A DNA stretch of 64,000 nucleotides from contig JAJYRM010000002.1 of assembly GCA_021794075.1 (NCBI GenBank), positions 18,955 to 82,954 on the forward strand. The letters run 5' to 3'. Shown here piece by piece: positions 9,665-21,898 of this stretch. The number at the start of each line of letters is the position of its first letter. Position 1 is the first letter of the stretch. A model generated the notes under the pieces. It was not told the origin of the DNA and did not search any database. It was given only the letters and a program-made list of their open reading frames with translations. The position numbers and the translations under genes are program-made. The stretch comes from Bacteroidota bacterium. Its GTDB lineage: Bacteria > Bacteroidota > Ignavibacteria > Kryptoniales > JAKASW01.

Positions 9665-10803
9665 TGAGTTGGGATAGAGTAATAGGTCAGAACAGGGTTA
9701 AGAACCTCCTGAGGCAGATACTTGCCTCGGGCAGATTGCCGGGCGCTTTTCTATTCGAGGGACCGGATGGCGTTGGTAAAGACGCGATGGCAATCGAGCT
9801 GGCAAAGACGCTCAACTGTGAGAGGGGCGGGGGCGAACCGTGCGAAGATTGCGCATCTTGCAGGCAGGCCAACGTCCTGCAGCATCCCAACATTCATCTT
9901 GTATTCCCGCTTCCGAGGGGGGAGAGCGAAACGAAGGATGACGGTCCGTTGGACAGACTTGACGAAAAGAGCATGAAGAATGTCAGAGAAGAAATCGCGC
10001 TGAAGTCGCAGGACCCTTACCACAGGATTTCCGTCCCTCGAGCACAAGTGATCAAAATAAGCAGCATTAGGGAAGTCATCAGGGAAGACTCGTTATCGTT
10101 ATACCAGCATGGGAAACGTGTCGTAATCGTTATGCAGGCCGACGAGGTTGGAAATGAGTCGGCAAACGCGCTGCTCAAAGTCTTGGAGGAGCCTAATCAG
10201 GGAACGGTGTTTATTCTTACGACGAGCAAGCGGAGCGCCCTCCTCCCAACAATCGTATCGCGATGTCAATCGATCAGGTTTGATCTTCTGTCTGAGGAGG
10301 AGATCGCGAACGCGCTGATCAGCCGGCATTCGCTGGCGGCTCCAGATGCCAAACTGAAGGCGAGACTGGCTGCCGGTTCATTCAGCAGGGCTGTCGAGCT
10401 GCTGGAGACCGACACCATGGAGATACGAGATGACGCGCTGAACATGCTTAGGGATGTGGCGGTAAGGAATTATGCCCAGATATCGATACGTGCCAAGAGA
10501 GCTCTGGAGTCGAAAGATTTGCCGAGACTGGAAACCCTTCTGAAGATGCTCCAGATTTGGTTGCGAGATGCCGCAGTCGTCCATTTTGGCACAAAAGAGC
10601 AGGTTATCAATCAGGATAAGGTAGACACGCTTGAAAAGATGGCATCAAGTTTCGATGCCGGCCATCTTGTCGAAGCGGCGAATAGCGTCGACGAGTCAAT
10701 AAGGCAGCTCTATGGAAATGTGAATTTAGGACTCCTTTTCGTAAATTTACTTCTGAACTTGAGCGGGTTGCTGAACAAGAAAAAAGAGGCTCGGGATGTC
10801 TGA
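9664..10803 (+). CDS. holB: DNA polymerase III delta-prime subunit
   Basis: MSWDRVIGQN...GRLPGAFLFEGPDGVGKD, a zinc module CERGGGEPCEDCASC, and the SRC motif (IVSRCQ). I chose the ATG at 9664, which overlaps the bamA-like stop, rather than the longer track ORF starting at 9595. Confidence 0.85.
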   Translation: MSWDRVIGQNRVKNLLRQILASGRLPGAFLFEGPDGVGKDAMAIELAKTLNCERGGGEPCEDCASCRQANVLQHPNIHLVFPLPRGESETKDDGPLDRLDEKSMKNVREEIALKSQDPYHRISVPRAQVIKISSIREVIREDSLSLYQHGKRVVIVMQADEVGNESANALLKVLEEPNQGTVFILTTSKRSALLPTIVSRCQSIRFDLLSEEEIANALISRHSLAAPDAKLKARLAAGSFSRAVELLETDTMEIRDDALNMLRDVAVRNYAQISIRAKRALESKDLPRLETLLKMLQIWLRDAAVVHFGTKEQVINQDKVDTLEKMASSFDAGHLVEAANSVDESIRQLYGNVNLGLLFVNLLLNLSGLLNKKKEARDV

Positions 10804-11833
10804 TGATTTCGGAGATTTTGAGGGGCTTGCAGGGCTTGAAGATAGAGACTTTGAACTTGCTGTCGAAGAAATAGAGTCGTCAGCCCTTTCTGATTATACA
10901 GGTCCTTGTGGCAGTTGCGCGAACTGCGCGACTGGATCGCGAGCAGTAGGAGCGGAGCTTGAGAACTCGGAAGCTGCGCTTGACATCGGAGAAGTGAGAT
11001 TCAAAGCCAATAGAGGCGGTTACTACGTAAACCAAACGGGTGTGGCGCTCCGTACGGGGGCATCCGTGGTCGTGGAAGCCGAGAGAGGCGTCGATTTCGG
11101 AAAACTTGTTGCCACCGGCGAGCTCGCCAGGGAAAAACGGCGATCTAGAGGAATGGTCGGTCAGCCGATGCGGAAGGTTATCAGGAGCGCTACTGAGAAA
11201 GACCTCGAGCAGGCTGAGGAGAATAGGAAGACAGAGGAGTCGGCGGCTTCGGTTTTTGTTGAGAAGTGCTCCAAACATAATCTCGCCATGAAGCTTGCTG
11301 GAGTTGAATATCAGTTCGACAGGGCAAGACTTACTTTCTTTTTCACTGCTGACAGCAGAGTTGACTTCAGAGCGCTTGTGCGCGACCTGGCCAGCGTGTA
11401 CAGGACGAGAATCGAACTGCGTCAGATCGGTGCCAGGGACGAGGCAAAGAAGGTAGGCGGTCTCGGGATCTGCGGGCGCGAGGTATGCTGCACAACATGG
11501 ATGTCACAGATAAAGAGGGTCAACCTTGATCACGCTCGGGCGCAGAGTCTCTCGCTCAACCCTTCTCGGCTCGCCGGCGCGTGTGGGAGACTAAAGTGCT
11601 GCATCCTTTTCGAGATGCAAAACTATCTCGATACCGCGAAACATTTCCCGGCGCTGAATTCGAAAGTCGTCACCGCAAAGGGCGAAGGTCTGATAGAGAA
11701 AATTGATATTTTTAATGAGCGCATATATCTCAGGTACCAGAATTCCAGTACTGTGGAACCGATGAGTTTAGCTGAGATAAAGAAGTACCAGAATTTGCCC
11801 GGAAACGAGCGGGCACAAAACTACAAACGGTGA
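10796..11833 (+). CDS. PSP1 C-terminal domain protein (YaaT/RicT-like)
   Basis: 345 aa. FFFTADSRVDFRALVRDLASVYRTRIELRQIGARD and the Cys-rich ICGREVCCTTW / CGRLKCC segments are typical of PSP1/YaaT. It follows holB, as in many genomes. Confidence 0.85.
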   Translation: MSDDFGDFEGLAGLEDRDFELAVEEIESSALSDYTGPCGSCANCATGSRAVGAELENSEAALDIGEVRFKANRGGYYVNQTGVALRTGASVVVEAERGVDFGKLVATGELAREKRRSRGMVGQPMRKVIRSATEKDLEQAEENRKTEESAASVFVEKCSKHNLAMKLAGVEYQFDRARLTFFFTADSRVDFRALVRDLASVYRTRIELRQIGARDEAKKVGGLGICGREVCCTTWMSQIKRVNLDHARAQSLSLNPSRLAGACGRLKCCILFEMQNYLDTAKHFPALNSKVVTAKGEGLIEKIDIFNERIYLRYQNSSTVEPMSLAEIKKYQNLPGNERAQNYKR

Positions 11834-11837
11834 ACTA

Positions 11838-13925
11838 TTGTCAAAAGCATCTCCCGAACACTCTAAGTTTTCCCGCACTCTTGTCACGGCGGCCCTTCCT
11901 TACGCTAACGGGCCGCTTCACCTCGGCCACCTTGCCGGCGCTTACTTGCCGGCCGATATTTATGTCCGATACCTTCGCCTGAAGGGCGAAGACGTCGTTT
12001 TTATCTGTGGCTCTGACGAGCACGGCGTCGCCGTGACGATATCCGCCGAAAAGGAACATGTCTCCCCTCAGCAGATAGTCGACCGGTACCACGCGATCAA
12101 TAAGGCGAGCTTCGAAAAATTCGGGATGAGCTTCGACAACTATTCCCGCACTACTCTTCCCGTACATCACCAGACAGGCCAGGAATTTTTTCTCGAACTT
12201 TACAGGCAGGACATACTCGTCGAGAAGAGTGAGAAGCAGCTATACTGCGAAAAAGACAGGATGTTTCTGGCGGACAGGTACGTCGAAGGGACCTGCCCGG
12301 TATGCGGAAATTCGGACGCGCGCGGCGATCAATGCGAGAACTGCGGAACGTGGCTCGAACAGACGCAGCTGATCAACCCGAAGTGCAAGATCTGCGGCAC
12401 GACTCCGGTAGTTCGTGAGACGAAGCACTGGTATCTTCCTCTGGGAAGATTCCAGAAGGAGCTTGAAGATTATGTCAACTCAAAGAAGTGGAAAGAAAAC
12501 GTCAGAGGGTATGTCGACAGCTGGCTGAAAGAAGGTCTCGATGACCGTGCCATAACGCGCGACCTCCACTGGGGAATACCTGTCCCGTTGCAGGGATATG
12601 AGAACAAGGTCATCTATGTATGGTTCGAGGCCGTCCTCGGATATATCTCGTCCACTAAAGAGCTTTCCCAGAAGCGCGGTGATCCAAGCCTTTGGAAGAA
12701 ATACTGGCAGGATGAAGCGACGCGTTACATCGCTTTCATCGGCAAGGATAATATTGTCTTTCATACACTCATATTCCCGGCGATCTTGATGGCATGGAAC
12801 AAGGGGGGGAAATCACGTTACATCCTTCCGGACGCTGTTCCCGCCAACGAATTCCTGAACTTTGAAGGAAAGAAATTTTCAAAGAGTCGCGGATGGGGAA
12901 TCGATCTCCAGGACTTCATCGATATTTTCCCGCCCGACACGCTTCGATATGCATTGGCGTTGAACCTGCCGGAGTCGCGCGACTCTGATTTTTACTGGAA
13001 AGATTTTCAGGCTCGCGTCAACAACGAGCTTGCCGACACGCTCGGCAATTTCGTTAACCGGACGCTCCAGTTCATCCAGCGATATTACGAGGGGAAGGTT
13101 CCGCCTCGCGGAGAACTGAACGCCCTGGACAAGTGGGCCGTCAGTCAAATGGAGGAAACCCCTGGAAGGGTGGCCGGCCAGTTTGAAAACTTCAAATTCC
13201 GGGACGGAGTTGTCGACGCAATGTCGCTTGCGCGGGCCGCGAACAAGTACTTCAACGACTCGGAGCCATGGAAGACCCGCAAGGACAATCCGGAGCAATG
13301 CGCCACGACGGTAAATATTTGCGCGCAATTGACAAGGTCACTGGCAGTTATCCTTTCTCCCGTCATTCCTTTCGCGGCCGAAGAAATATGGAAAATGCTC
13401 CGGCTCGAAGGAACTGCCGCGCAGTCCGGATGGAATACCGCCGCCGAAATGAAAGTGGAATCAGGAACAGAGATCGGCCATCTGAATATACTTTTTACAA
13501 AAATCGAGGATTCGACAATCGAAGAGCAAATAAAGAAAACAGCAAGCGGCGAATCCGCCGAACAGCCCGCAGCTACTCAGGCAACCGCGCCCATCAAGGC
13601 GCAGATTTCCATTGACGATTTCAGAAAGGTTGACCTGAGAGTCGCGAAAGTAATCAACTGCGAGAAGGTTCCCAAATCGGAGAAACTCTTGAGGATCGAA
13701 GTGCAGGTAGGTGAAGACAAGAGGCAGATAGTAGCGGGTATATCTAAGCATTACAAGCCCGAGGACCTAATCGGAAAGAGCGTAATAATAGTCGCAAACC
13801 TGGCGCCCGCTAAGTTGATGGGGCTCGAATCGAACGGTATGCTCCTCGCCGCCTCCACGGACGACGGAAAACTTGCCGTTCTAACTACAGCATCCGATAT
13901 CGACAGCGGAAGCATAATCAGGTAA
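11838..13925 (+). CDS. metG: Methionine--tRNA ligase with C-terminal tRNA-binding (EMAP/Trbp111-like) domain
   Basis: 695 aa. HIGH-type motif PYANGPLHLGH, zinc knuckles CPVCG...CENCG, and KMSKS-type KFSKSRG. TTG start. Confidence 0.96.
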   Translation: MSKASPEHSKFSRTLVTAALPYANGPLHLGHLAGAYLPADIYVRYLRLKGEDVVFICGSDEHGVAVTISAEKEHVSPQQIVDRYHAINKASFEKFGMSFDNYSRTTLPVHHQTGQEFFLELYRQDILVEKSEKQLYCEKDRMFLADRYVEGTCPVCGNSDARGDQCENCGTWLEQTQLINPKCKICGTTPVVRETKHWYLPLGRFQKELEDYVNSKKWKENVRGYVDSWLKEGLDDRAITRDLHWGIPVPLQGYENKVIYVWFEAVLGYISSTKELSQKRGDPSLWKKYWQDEATRYIAFIGKDNIVFHTLIFPAILMAWNKGGKSRYILPDAVPANEFLNFEGKKFSKSRGWGIDLQDFIDIFPPDTLRYALALNLPESRDSDFYWKDFQARVNNELADTLGNFVNRTLQFIQRYYEGKVPPRGELNALDKWAVSQMEETPGRVAGQFENFKFRDGVVDAMSLARAANKYFNDSEPWKTRKDNPEQCATTVNICAQLTRSLAVILSPVIPFAAEEIWKMLRLEGTAAQSGWNTAAEMKVESGTEIGHLNILFTKIEDSTIEEQIKKTASGESAEQPAATQATAPIKAQISIDDFRKVDLRVAKVINCEKVPKSEKLLRIEVQVGEDKRQIVAGISKHYKPEDLIGKSVIIVANLAPAKLMGLESNGMLLAASTDDGKLAVLTTASDIDSGSIIR

Positions 13926-13995
13926 TTGGGACCGTTCACACTCACGTGTGTTTTCAACCGCAAGTCGGCAGAATGATTTACAACCGGAGGTCTGG

Positions 13996-14991
13996 ATGAA
14001 GCGCAACGTCAGCCGCCCGCGAATTGTCGTGGCCAGGCGAATCCCTAAGAATGGGATAGATATTCTCGGGGAGCACTTCAAGTTAGATATTAATAATTCA
14101 GACAGAGATCTATCGAGGCGCGAGCTACTTGAAAAACTCGACGGAGCGTTCGGTATGATCTCCATGATGGCAAACAAATTTGACTACGATCTAATTTCTA
14201 CGCTTCGAACGGTGAGGGTGATTTCGAATTACGCCGTCGGATTCAATAATATCGATGTTGCAGCGGCCACGGAGAAAGGCATTGTTGTTACAAATACGCC
14301 CGGCGTGCTGACCGACGCAACTGCTGATCTCGCGTTTGGGCTTTTGCTGGCGGCGGCGAGGCACATCACTGAAGGTGATCGCCTAGTACGAGCGCGTAAG
14401 TTCAAGGGATGGGCACCGATGCTTATGCTCGGTAACGATATATCAGGAAAGACAATTGGAATAATCGGGGCAGGAAGGATCGGAGCTGCCGTCGCCGCTC
14501 GTGCTCGCGGGTTCGGGATGAGGATCCTCTACAGTTCGCACAGAAGAAACCCGGATATAGATGCGGTCGGCGGAACACCCGCCGAATTAACTCGACTCCT
14601 GGAAGAGTCCGATTTCGTCAGTCTAAATGTCCCGTTGACAGATGAAACTCGTGGGATGATAGGGAAGCGGGAGTTCGCAAAGATGAAGCCTACCGCCGTC
14701 CTTGTGAATACTGCCCGCGGCGAAGTGGTCGAAGAAGACGCGCTTATCTCCGCCTTGAAGAAGCATAGAATTGCTGGTGCAGGGCTCGATGTTTACGTCA
14801 ACGAGCCCAAAATAAACCCTGAGTTTCTGAAGCTGGACAATGTCGTCCTCGCGCCTCATCTCGGGAGCGCAACAATCGAAACGCGCGCGAAGATGTCCGA
14901 GCTTGCCGCACTGAACGCAATTGCAGTTCTGAAGGGTGAACGTCCACCAGCGATAGTAAACCCTGCGGCGCTTGAGCAGAATCGCGCGTAG
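13996..14991 (+). CDS. D-isomer-specific 2-hydroxyacid dehydrogenase (glyoxylate/hydroxypyruvate reductase-like)
   Basis: NAD fold GIIGAGRIGAAVA, then the catalytic region ...NTARG...DV...EP...PHLGSAT. GGAGG precedes the ATG at 13996, so I trimmed the track ORF that starts at 13948. Confidence 0.88.
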   Translation: MKRNVSRPRIVVARRIPKNGIDILGEHFKLDINNSDRDLSRRELLEKLDGAFGMISMMANKFDYDLISTLRTVRVISNYAVGFNNIDVAAATEKGIVVTNTPGVLTDATADLAFGLLLAAARHITEGDRLVRARKFKGWAPMLMLGNDISGKTIGIIGAGRIGAAVAARARGFGMRILYSSHRRNPDIDAVGGTPAELTRLLEESDFVSLNVPLTDETRGMIGKREFAKMKPTAVLVNTARGEVVEEDALISALKKHRIAGAGLDVYVNEPKINPEFLKLDNVVLAPHLGSATIETRAKMSELAALNAIAVLKGERPPAIVNPAALEQNRA

Positions 14992-15021
14992 CGTAAGGTT
15001 AAGTTTAGATAATGTTGTGGT

Positions 15022-15939
15022 CTATCCTAAGAAATTAGCTTTCGCGACAACGACGCGGCTTCCGGTAAGGATGTAAATTCTCTTCCCGCTGATTGACACA
15101 TCGCTGAAGTGCCTGATTTTTGTCCCGAAGATATCATTACCTGAGAACTTCGCGATCAGCGTCCCGTCAAGTTTGAAGAAATAAAGCATATCCGAATCGC
15201 AGACTCCGAGTATACCGTCGCCGATGCCTATCCCTGTGGGATTCTTCAGGATGCCGTCGCCGATTGAATTGAGATAATTCCCGAAGTTATCATAAACCGC
15301 GACCCGTCCTTTGTCGGAGACGTAGACATCGTCATTCGGACCGATCGAGATCTGCCGCGGCATGGTTAGTGTTCCCTCTCCCTCGCCGTAACCTCCGAAA
15401 GTGCGTTCCACGGTAGAAAATGTATTTACCTTGACTATCCTAATGTTCTCATCGTCGCAAATGAAGAGGTCGCCGAGCCTGGAAATCGCCACGCCGGAAG
15501 GGTAACCGAACCTCTTCGAGTCATCGTTTGATTGATGTGTGGAGAGTGACGCAACGTTGGCAAGCGTTCTGTCAAACCGCACGATCCTGTTGTTGTTGTA
15601 GTCGGCGACATATATCTCCACGCCGTTATCGGCGCATACGTCGTATGGCATATCGAACTGGTAGTCTCCGCTCCCGTATCCGCCGACTTCGCCAGTCGAG
15701 TCACCGGATGGATTGAACCTCATAAGCAGGTTGTCCCCGGTATCGGCAACGTAGATTGCGCCGATCGGGTCGACGCTTATCCCCCTCGCGTTACGAAAAT
15801 GTCCAAAGCTGAACTGCTCCACGAGCGAAGGTGGAGCCTGAAAAGAGGTAAGCAGGACCGAAAGGAGGATGGCCAGTGGAATCTTTGAATAGCGCAGCAA
15901 CTTATCTGAGTATCGGGACATTCTTATGCCGTTCTTCAT
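15022..15939 (-). CDS. NHL-repeat beta-propeller protein, secreted
   Basis: 305 aa with an N-terminal signal or anchor. It has repeated YVAD/YVSD/FICD...N.RI..F units typical of NHL repeats. Confidence 0.7.
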   Translation of the reverse strand: MKNGIRMSRYSDKLLRYSKIPLAILLSVLLTSFQAPPSLVEQFSFGHFRNARGISVDPIGAIYVADTGDNLLMRFNPSGDSTGEVGGYGSGDYQFDMPYDVCADNGVEIYVADYNNNRIVRFDRTLANVASLSTHQSNDDSKRFGYPSGVAISRLGDLFICDDENIRIVKVNTFSTVERTFGGYGEGEGTLTMPRQISIGPNDDVYVSDKGRVAVYDNFGNYLNSIGDGILKNPTGIGIGDGILGVCDSDMLYFFKLDGTLIAKFSGNDIFGTKIRHFSDVSISGKRIYILTGSRVVVAKANFLG

Positions 15940-15990
15940 TTAGATGAATATTCTTATCGGAAGGAAATCAATCAAGAGCTTGGAACAATG

Positions 15991-17310
15991 TCAGCGCTGC
16001 TGTTCGTGGAGATCGCGGTAGAACCGGGACTCCCCCTCCAGCCGCTCGGTTATGCCGAAATAAACGGAGCGGTAACCGAATTTTTCGCGGATCGCATCGA
16101 CGCCGTGCAGCAAATCCTCGCGCCGCTCGATTACATGAGAGAAGAGATCGGGCTGTCTGTGTCCTTTACGGATGTTCGTCACGCCGATCCCAATAAGCCG
16201 CACCTTCATTCCTTCGAGCCACAGGCTTTTGAAGAGAGAGTACCCAGTCGAAGAAATCTCGAATTCCGAGTCCGTTTCCGAGTCCAGCGTCAGGCTTTTC
16301 TGGTACGTCACGAACCTGCGATCCGCGGTGCTGCTTTCCTTCCTGTAACCGAGAAGAGGAGCGCCGTCGGAATAGCGCATTCTTACGTTTACGGTTGATG
16401 CTACAAGGCCTTCCATGCGAAGTTCGCCGGCAATTTTCTCGGACAGATAAAAGAATACCGAAGATATGAACTCCATGTCGCTTGTATCGCTTGCGAACGT
16501 CGTACTCCGTGAGATGGATTTTGACTCGCGATCCTCCTCCCCGACATCCTTACTTCCTCTACCGTTAGCTGCATCATGGAGGTACATCCCAGTTACACCG
16601 AATATCTTCGTAAGAGAGCGTTCGTCTGTCCCGGCGAGACGTCCCACGGTGCGTATGCCAAGAGCCTCGAGTGTTTCGGCGGTCCTTTTGCCGATTCCAG
16701 GAATCACCGAGACCGGTAGAGGCGCAAGAAACTCCTTTTCTCTCCCCACCTGTATGATAATGAGTCCGTTTGGCGGGCCGGTGTCATGCCGCTTCTCCAG
16801 CTCGGCCCTCGCGATGACCTTTGATCGATCGGAAGCGACCTTCGCGCACACCCTGTTTGACGCGACACCTATCGACACCGTGATCTTTAACTCTTCGAAG
16901 ACTGCCCTTTTGATCGCCGCGGCCAGCGATCTCGGATCATAATTCCAGAAGTGGAGGCAGCCGTTCGCGTCCAGGAATGCTTCATCGAGGCTGACCGCCC
17001 GGACAAGTGGCGAGAAGTTGTGAAGTATTTGAATGAACCGCCGGGAGTATCTTTCATAAGCGCCATAACTCCCTTTCACGAATACCGCGTTCGGCGCGAG
17101 GGAATAGGCTCTCGTAAGAGGCATGGCGGTCCTGACGCCGAGAGCCCTCGCTTCGTAGTTTGGACATGAGACGACACCGCGCTGATTGGGAAGTCCGCCC
17201 ACTACAACGGCTTTGCCCTTCAGTGCGGGACAGAGCGCTTCCTCTACCGAAGCAAAGAACGCATCGATGTCGATGTGAAAAATCGTGGGATAATTATCGC
17301 TGTCCATCAT
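15991..17310 (-). CDS. dinB: DNA polymerase IV (Y-family translesion polymerase)
   Basis: 439 aa. FHIDIDAFFASVE, SCPNYEARALGV and SLDEAFLD are catalytic motifs of Y-family polymerases. It lies downstream of lexA. Confidence 0.93.
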   Translation of the reverse strand: MMDSDNYPTIFHIDIDAFFASVEEALCPALKGKAVVVGGLPNQRGVVSCPNYEARALGVRTAMPLTRAYSLAPNAVFVKGSYGAYERYSRRFIQILHNFSPLVRAVSLDEAFLDANGCLHFWNYDPRSLAAAIKRAVFEELKITVSIGVASNRVCAKVASDRSKVIARAELEKRHDTGPPNGLIIIQVGREKEFLAPLPVSVIPGIGKRTAETLEALGIRTVGRLAGTDERSLTKIFGVTGMYLHDAANGRGSKDVGEEDRESKSISRSTTFASDTSDMEFISSVFFYLSEKIAGELRMEGLVASTVNVRMRYSDGAPLLGYRKESSTADRRFVTYQKSLTLDSETDSEFEISSTGYSLFKSLWLEGMKVRLIGIGVTNIRKGHRQPDLFSHVIERREDLLHGVDAIREKFGYRSVYFGITERLEGESRFYRDLHEQQR

Positions 17311-17420
17311 TTGCCTCTGGCATCAACAATGGGTAAGAAGAGTCGAATAGGAAGTCTGAAAATACTTCTCTGAAATCCGCCACCTAATCTTTCCGCACTT
17401 GCACTTTCTCATCCCGCCTC

Positions 17421-18053
17421 TCACCTCAGCTTCTTGACGGTAAGTTGACTGTCTAAAAGTCTTAGTACTGCCATTACCTTTCCAATTATCCTGACTGACG
17501 ACGAGTCCGAGATGATCGGTTCGAAGTCGGGATTCTCAGGTTCAAGAATTATCGTGTCGCCGTCCTGTCTGAACCTTTTGACCGTCGCACTTTCTCCATC
17601 AATGAGCGCCGCGACGATGTCGCCGCTCTTAGCTGAAGGTTGTTGCCTGACGAGAACGAGATCCCCATCGAGTATCCCCGCGTCTTTCATGCTGAGCCCC
17701 TCAATCATGAGAAGGAAGTTGATCTCTCCTCCTCTGACGAACGAAGGGTCCACTACGAGCGATTCGCCAAGGTTTTCGACGGCAAGTATGGGTTTGCCTG
17801 CTGTAATACGGCCCAACACTGGGACGGTGACTCCCCTGTCAACATGGTTGAGTTGAATCCCGCGGCTCTTCAAAGCTTCTCTCTTGATGAACCCCTTTTT
17901 CTCTAGAGCCTGCAGGTGTCGTTCGACACCGTGGCTCCATTTGGTCCCAAGGTGGTCTGCTATCTCGCGCATCGTCGGCGGATAACCGTGATGGCTCTGG
18001 TGTTTCTCGATGAAGGCGAGGACTTTCTTCTGGCGCTCTGTCAATTCGTTCAT
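17421..18053 (-). CDS. lexA: LexA repressor (S24 self-cleaving peptidase)
   Basis: 210 aa. N-terminal winged HTH (LTERQKKVLAFI...GYPPTMREIA), an AG cleavage site (RITAGKP), and Ser...Lys in GLSMKDAGI ... TVKRF. Confidence 0.95.
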   Translation of the reverse strand: MNELTERQKKVLAFIEKHQSHHGYPPTMREIADHLGTKWSHGVERHLQALEKKGFIKREALKSRGIQLNHVDRGVTVPVLGRITAGKPILAVENLGESLVVDPSFVRGGEINFLLMIEGLSMKDAGILDGDLVLVRQQPSAKSGDIVAALIDGESATVKRFRQDGDTIILEPENPDFEPIISDSSSVRIIGKVMAVLRLLDSQLTVKKLR

Positions 18054-18066
18054 GTGCGGCTCCTGA

Positions 18067-18086
18067 TAGTAGACGTATTTCTACTA
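18067..18086 (-). promoter_or_regulatory. Candidate LexA operator (TAGTAGA-N6-TCTACTA palindrome)
   Basis: A perfect inverted repeat with 7-bp arms lies 13 nt upstream of the lexA ATG, immediately after the candidate -10. A third AGTAGA copy is at 18091-18096. Confidence 0.4.
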
Positions 18087-18115
18087 AATATCTACTGTGG
18101 ATGGGTAATTGTCAA
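18087..18115 (-). promoter_or_regulatory. Candidate lexA promoter (TTGACA-N17-GATATT)
   Basis: Read on the minus strand: TTGACA (18115-18110), a 17-nt spacer, then GATATT (18092-18087). Confidence 0.4.
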
Positions 18116-18232
18116 GCCTGAATCTGAACGAGCGTAGTTCTCTTCTAGGACGGCGAATCTAATCGGGATCGGCGGTTGTTATAGTTGATTAACTTCATTA
18201 GATTCAAAATGTTACACCAATCACGGTAGAGA

Positions 18233-21532
<3,300 letters not shown>

Positions 21533-21536
<4 letters not shown>

Positions 21537-21868
21537 AGAAGAAAACATTCGAGGCCGAAAGCCACAGGGGGTACACAGTTCTCAGGGTGAATGTCGACAG
21601 ACTTGATACTCAAGTCTCCCCGCAGTTGAAAGCGGAATTCCTGGTGATCTGCAAACCCACACTTAAGAAACTCGTTGTGGATCTGAGCTCGGTAAAGTCG
21701 TGTGATTCGTCCGGGCTCAGCGCTCTCCTCGTTGCCGAGCGGCTAATGCGCGAAGCTAACGGAGAAATCCACGTTATAGTGCCCAACCCGGATGTCAGGA
21801 ATCTATTCCGCATCACGCAGCTGGAGAATGTCTTTTCATTACATGCCACAATTGAAGAGCTGCACTAA
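21533..21868 (+). CDS. STAS-domain protein (anti-sigma-factor antagonist-like)
   Basis: 111 aa. LVVDLSSVKSCDSSGLSALLVA is the typical STAS/SpoIIAA phospho-Ser region. Confidence 0.75.
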
Positions 21869-21898
21869 CTGAACCTCTAATTACAACTTGGAGCTGCC

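Noticed and set aside
15988-17169. Plus-strand ORFs (15988..16398, 16466..16942, 16951..17169) opposite dinB
   Set aside because: The minus-strand frame carries all the Y-family polymerase motifs. The plus-strand translations are featureless.
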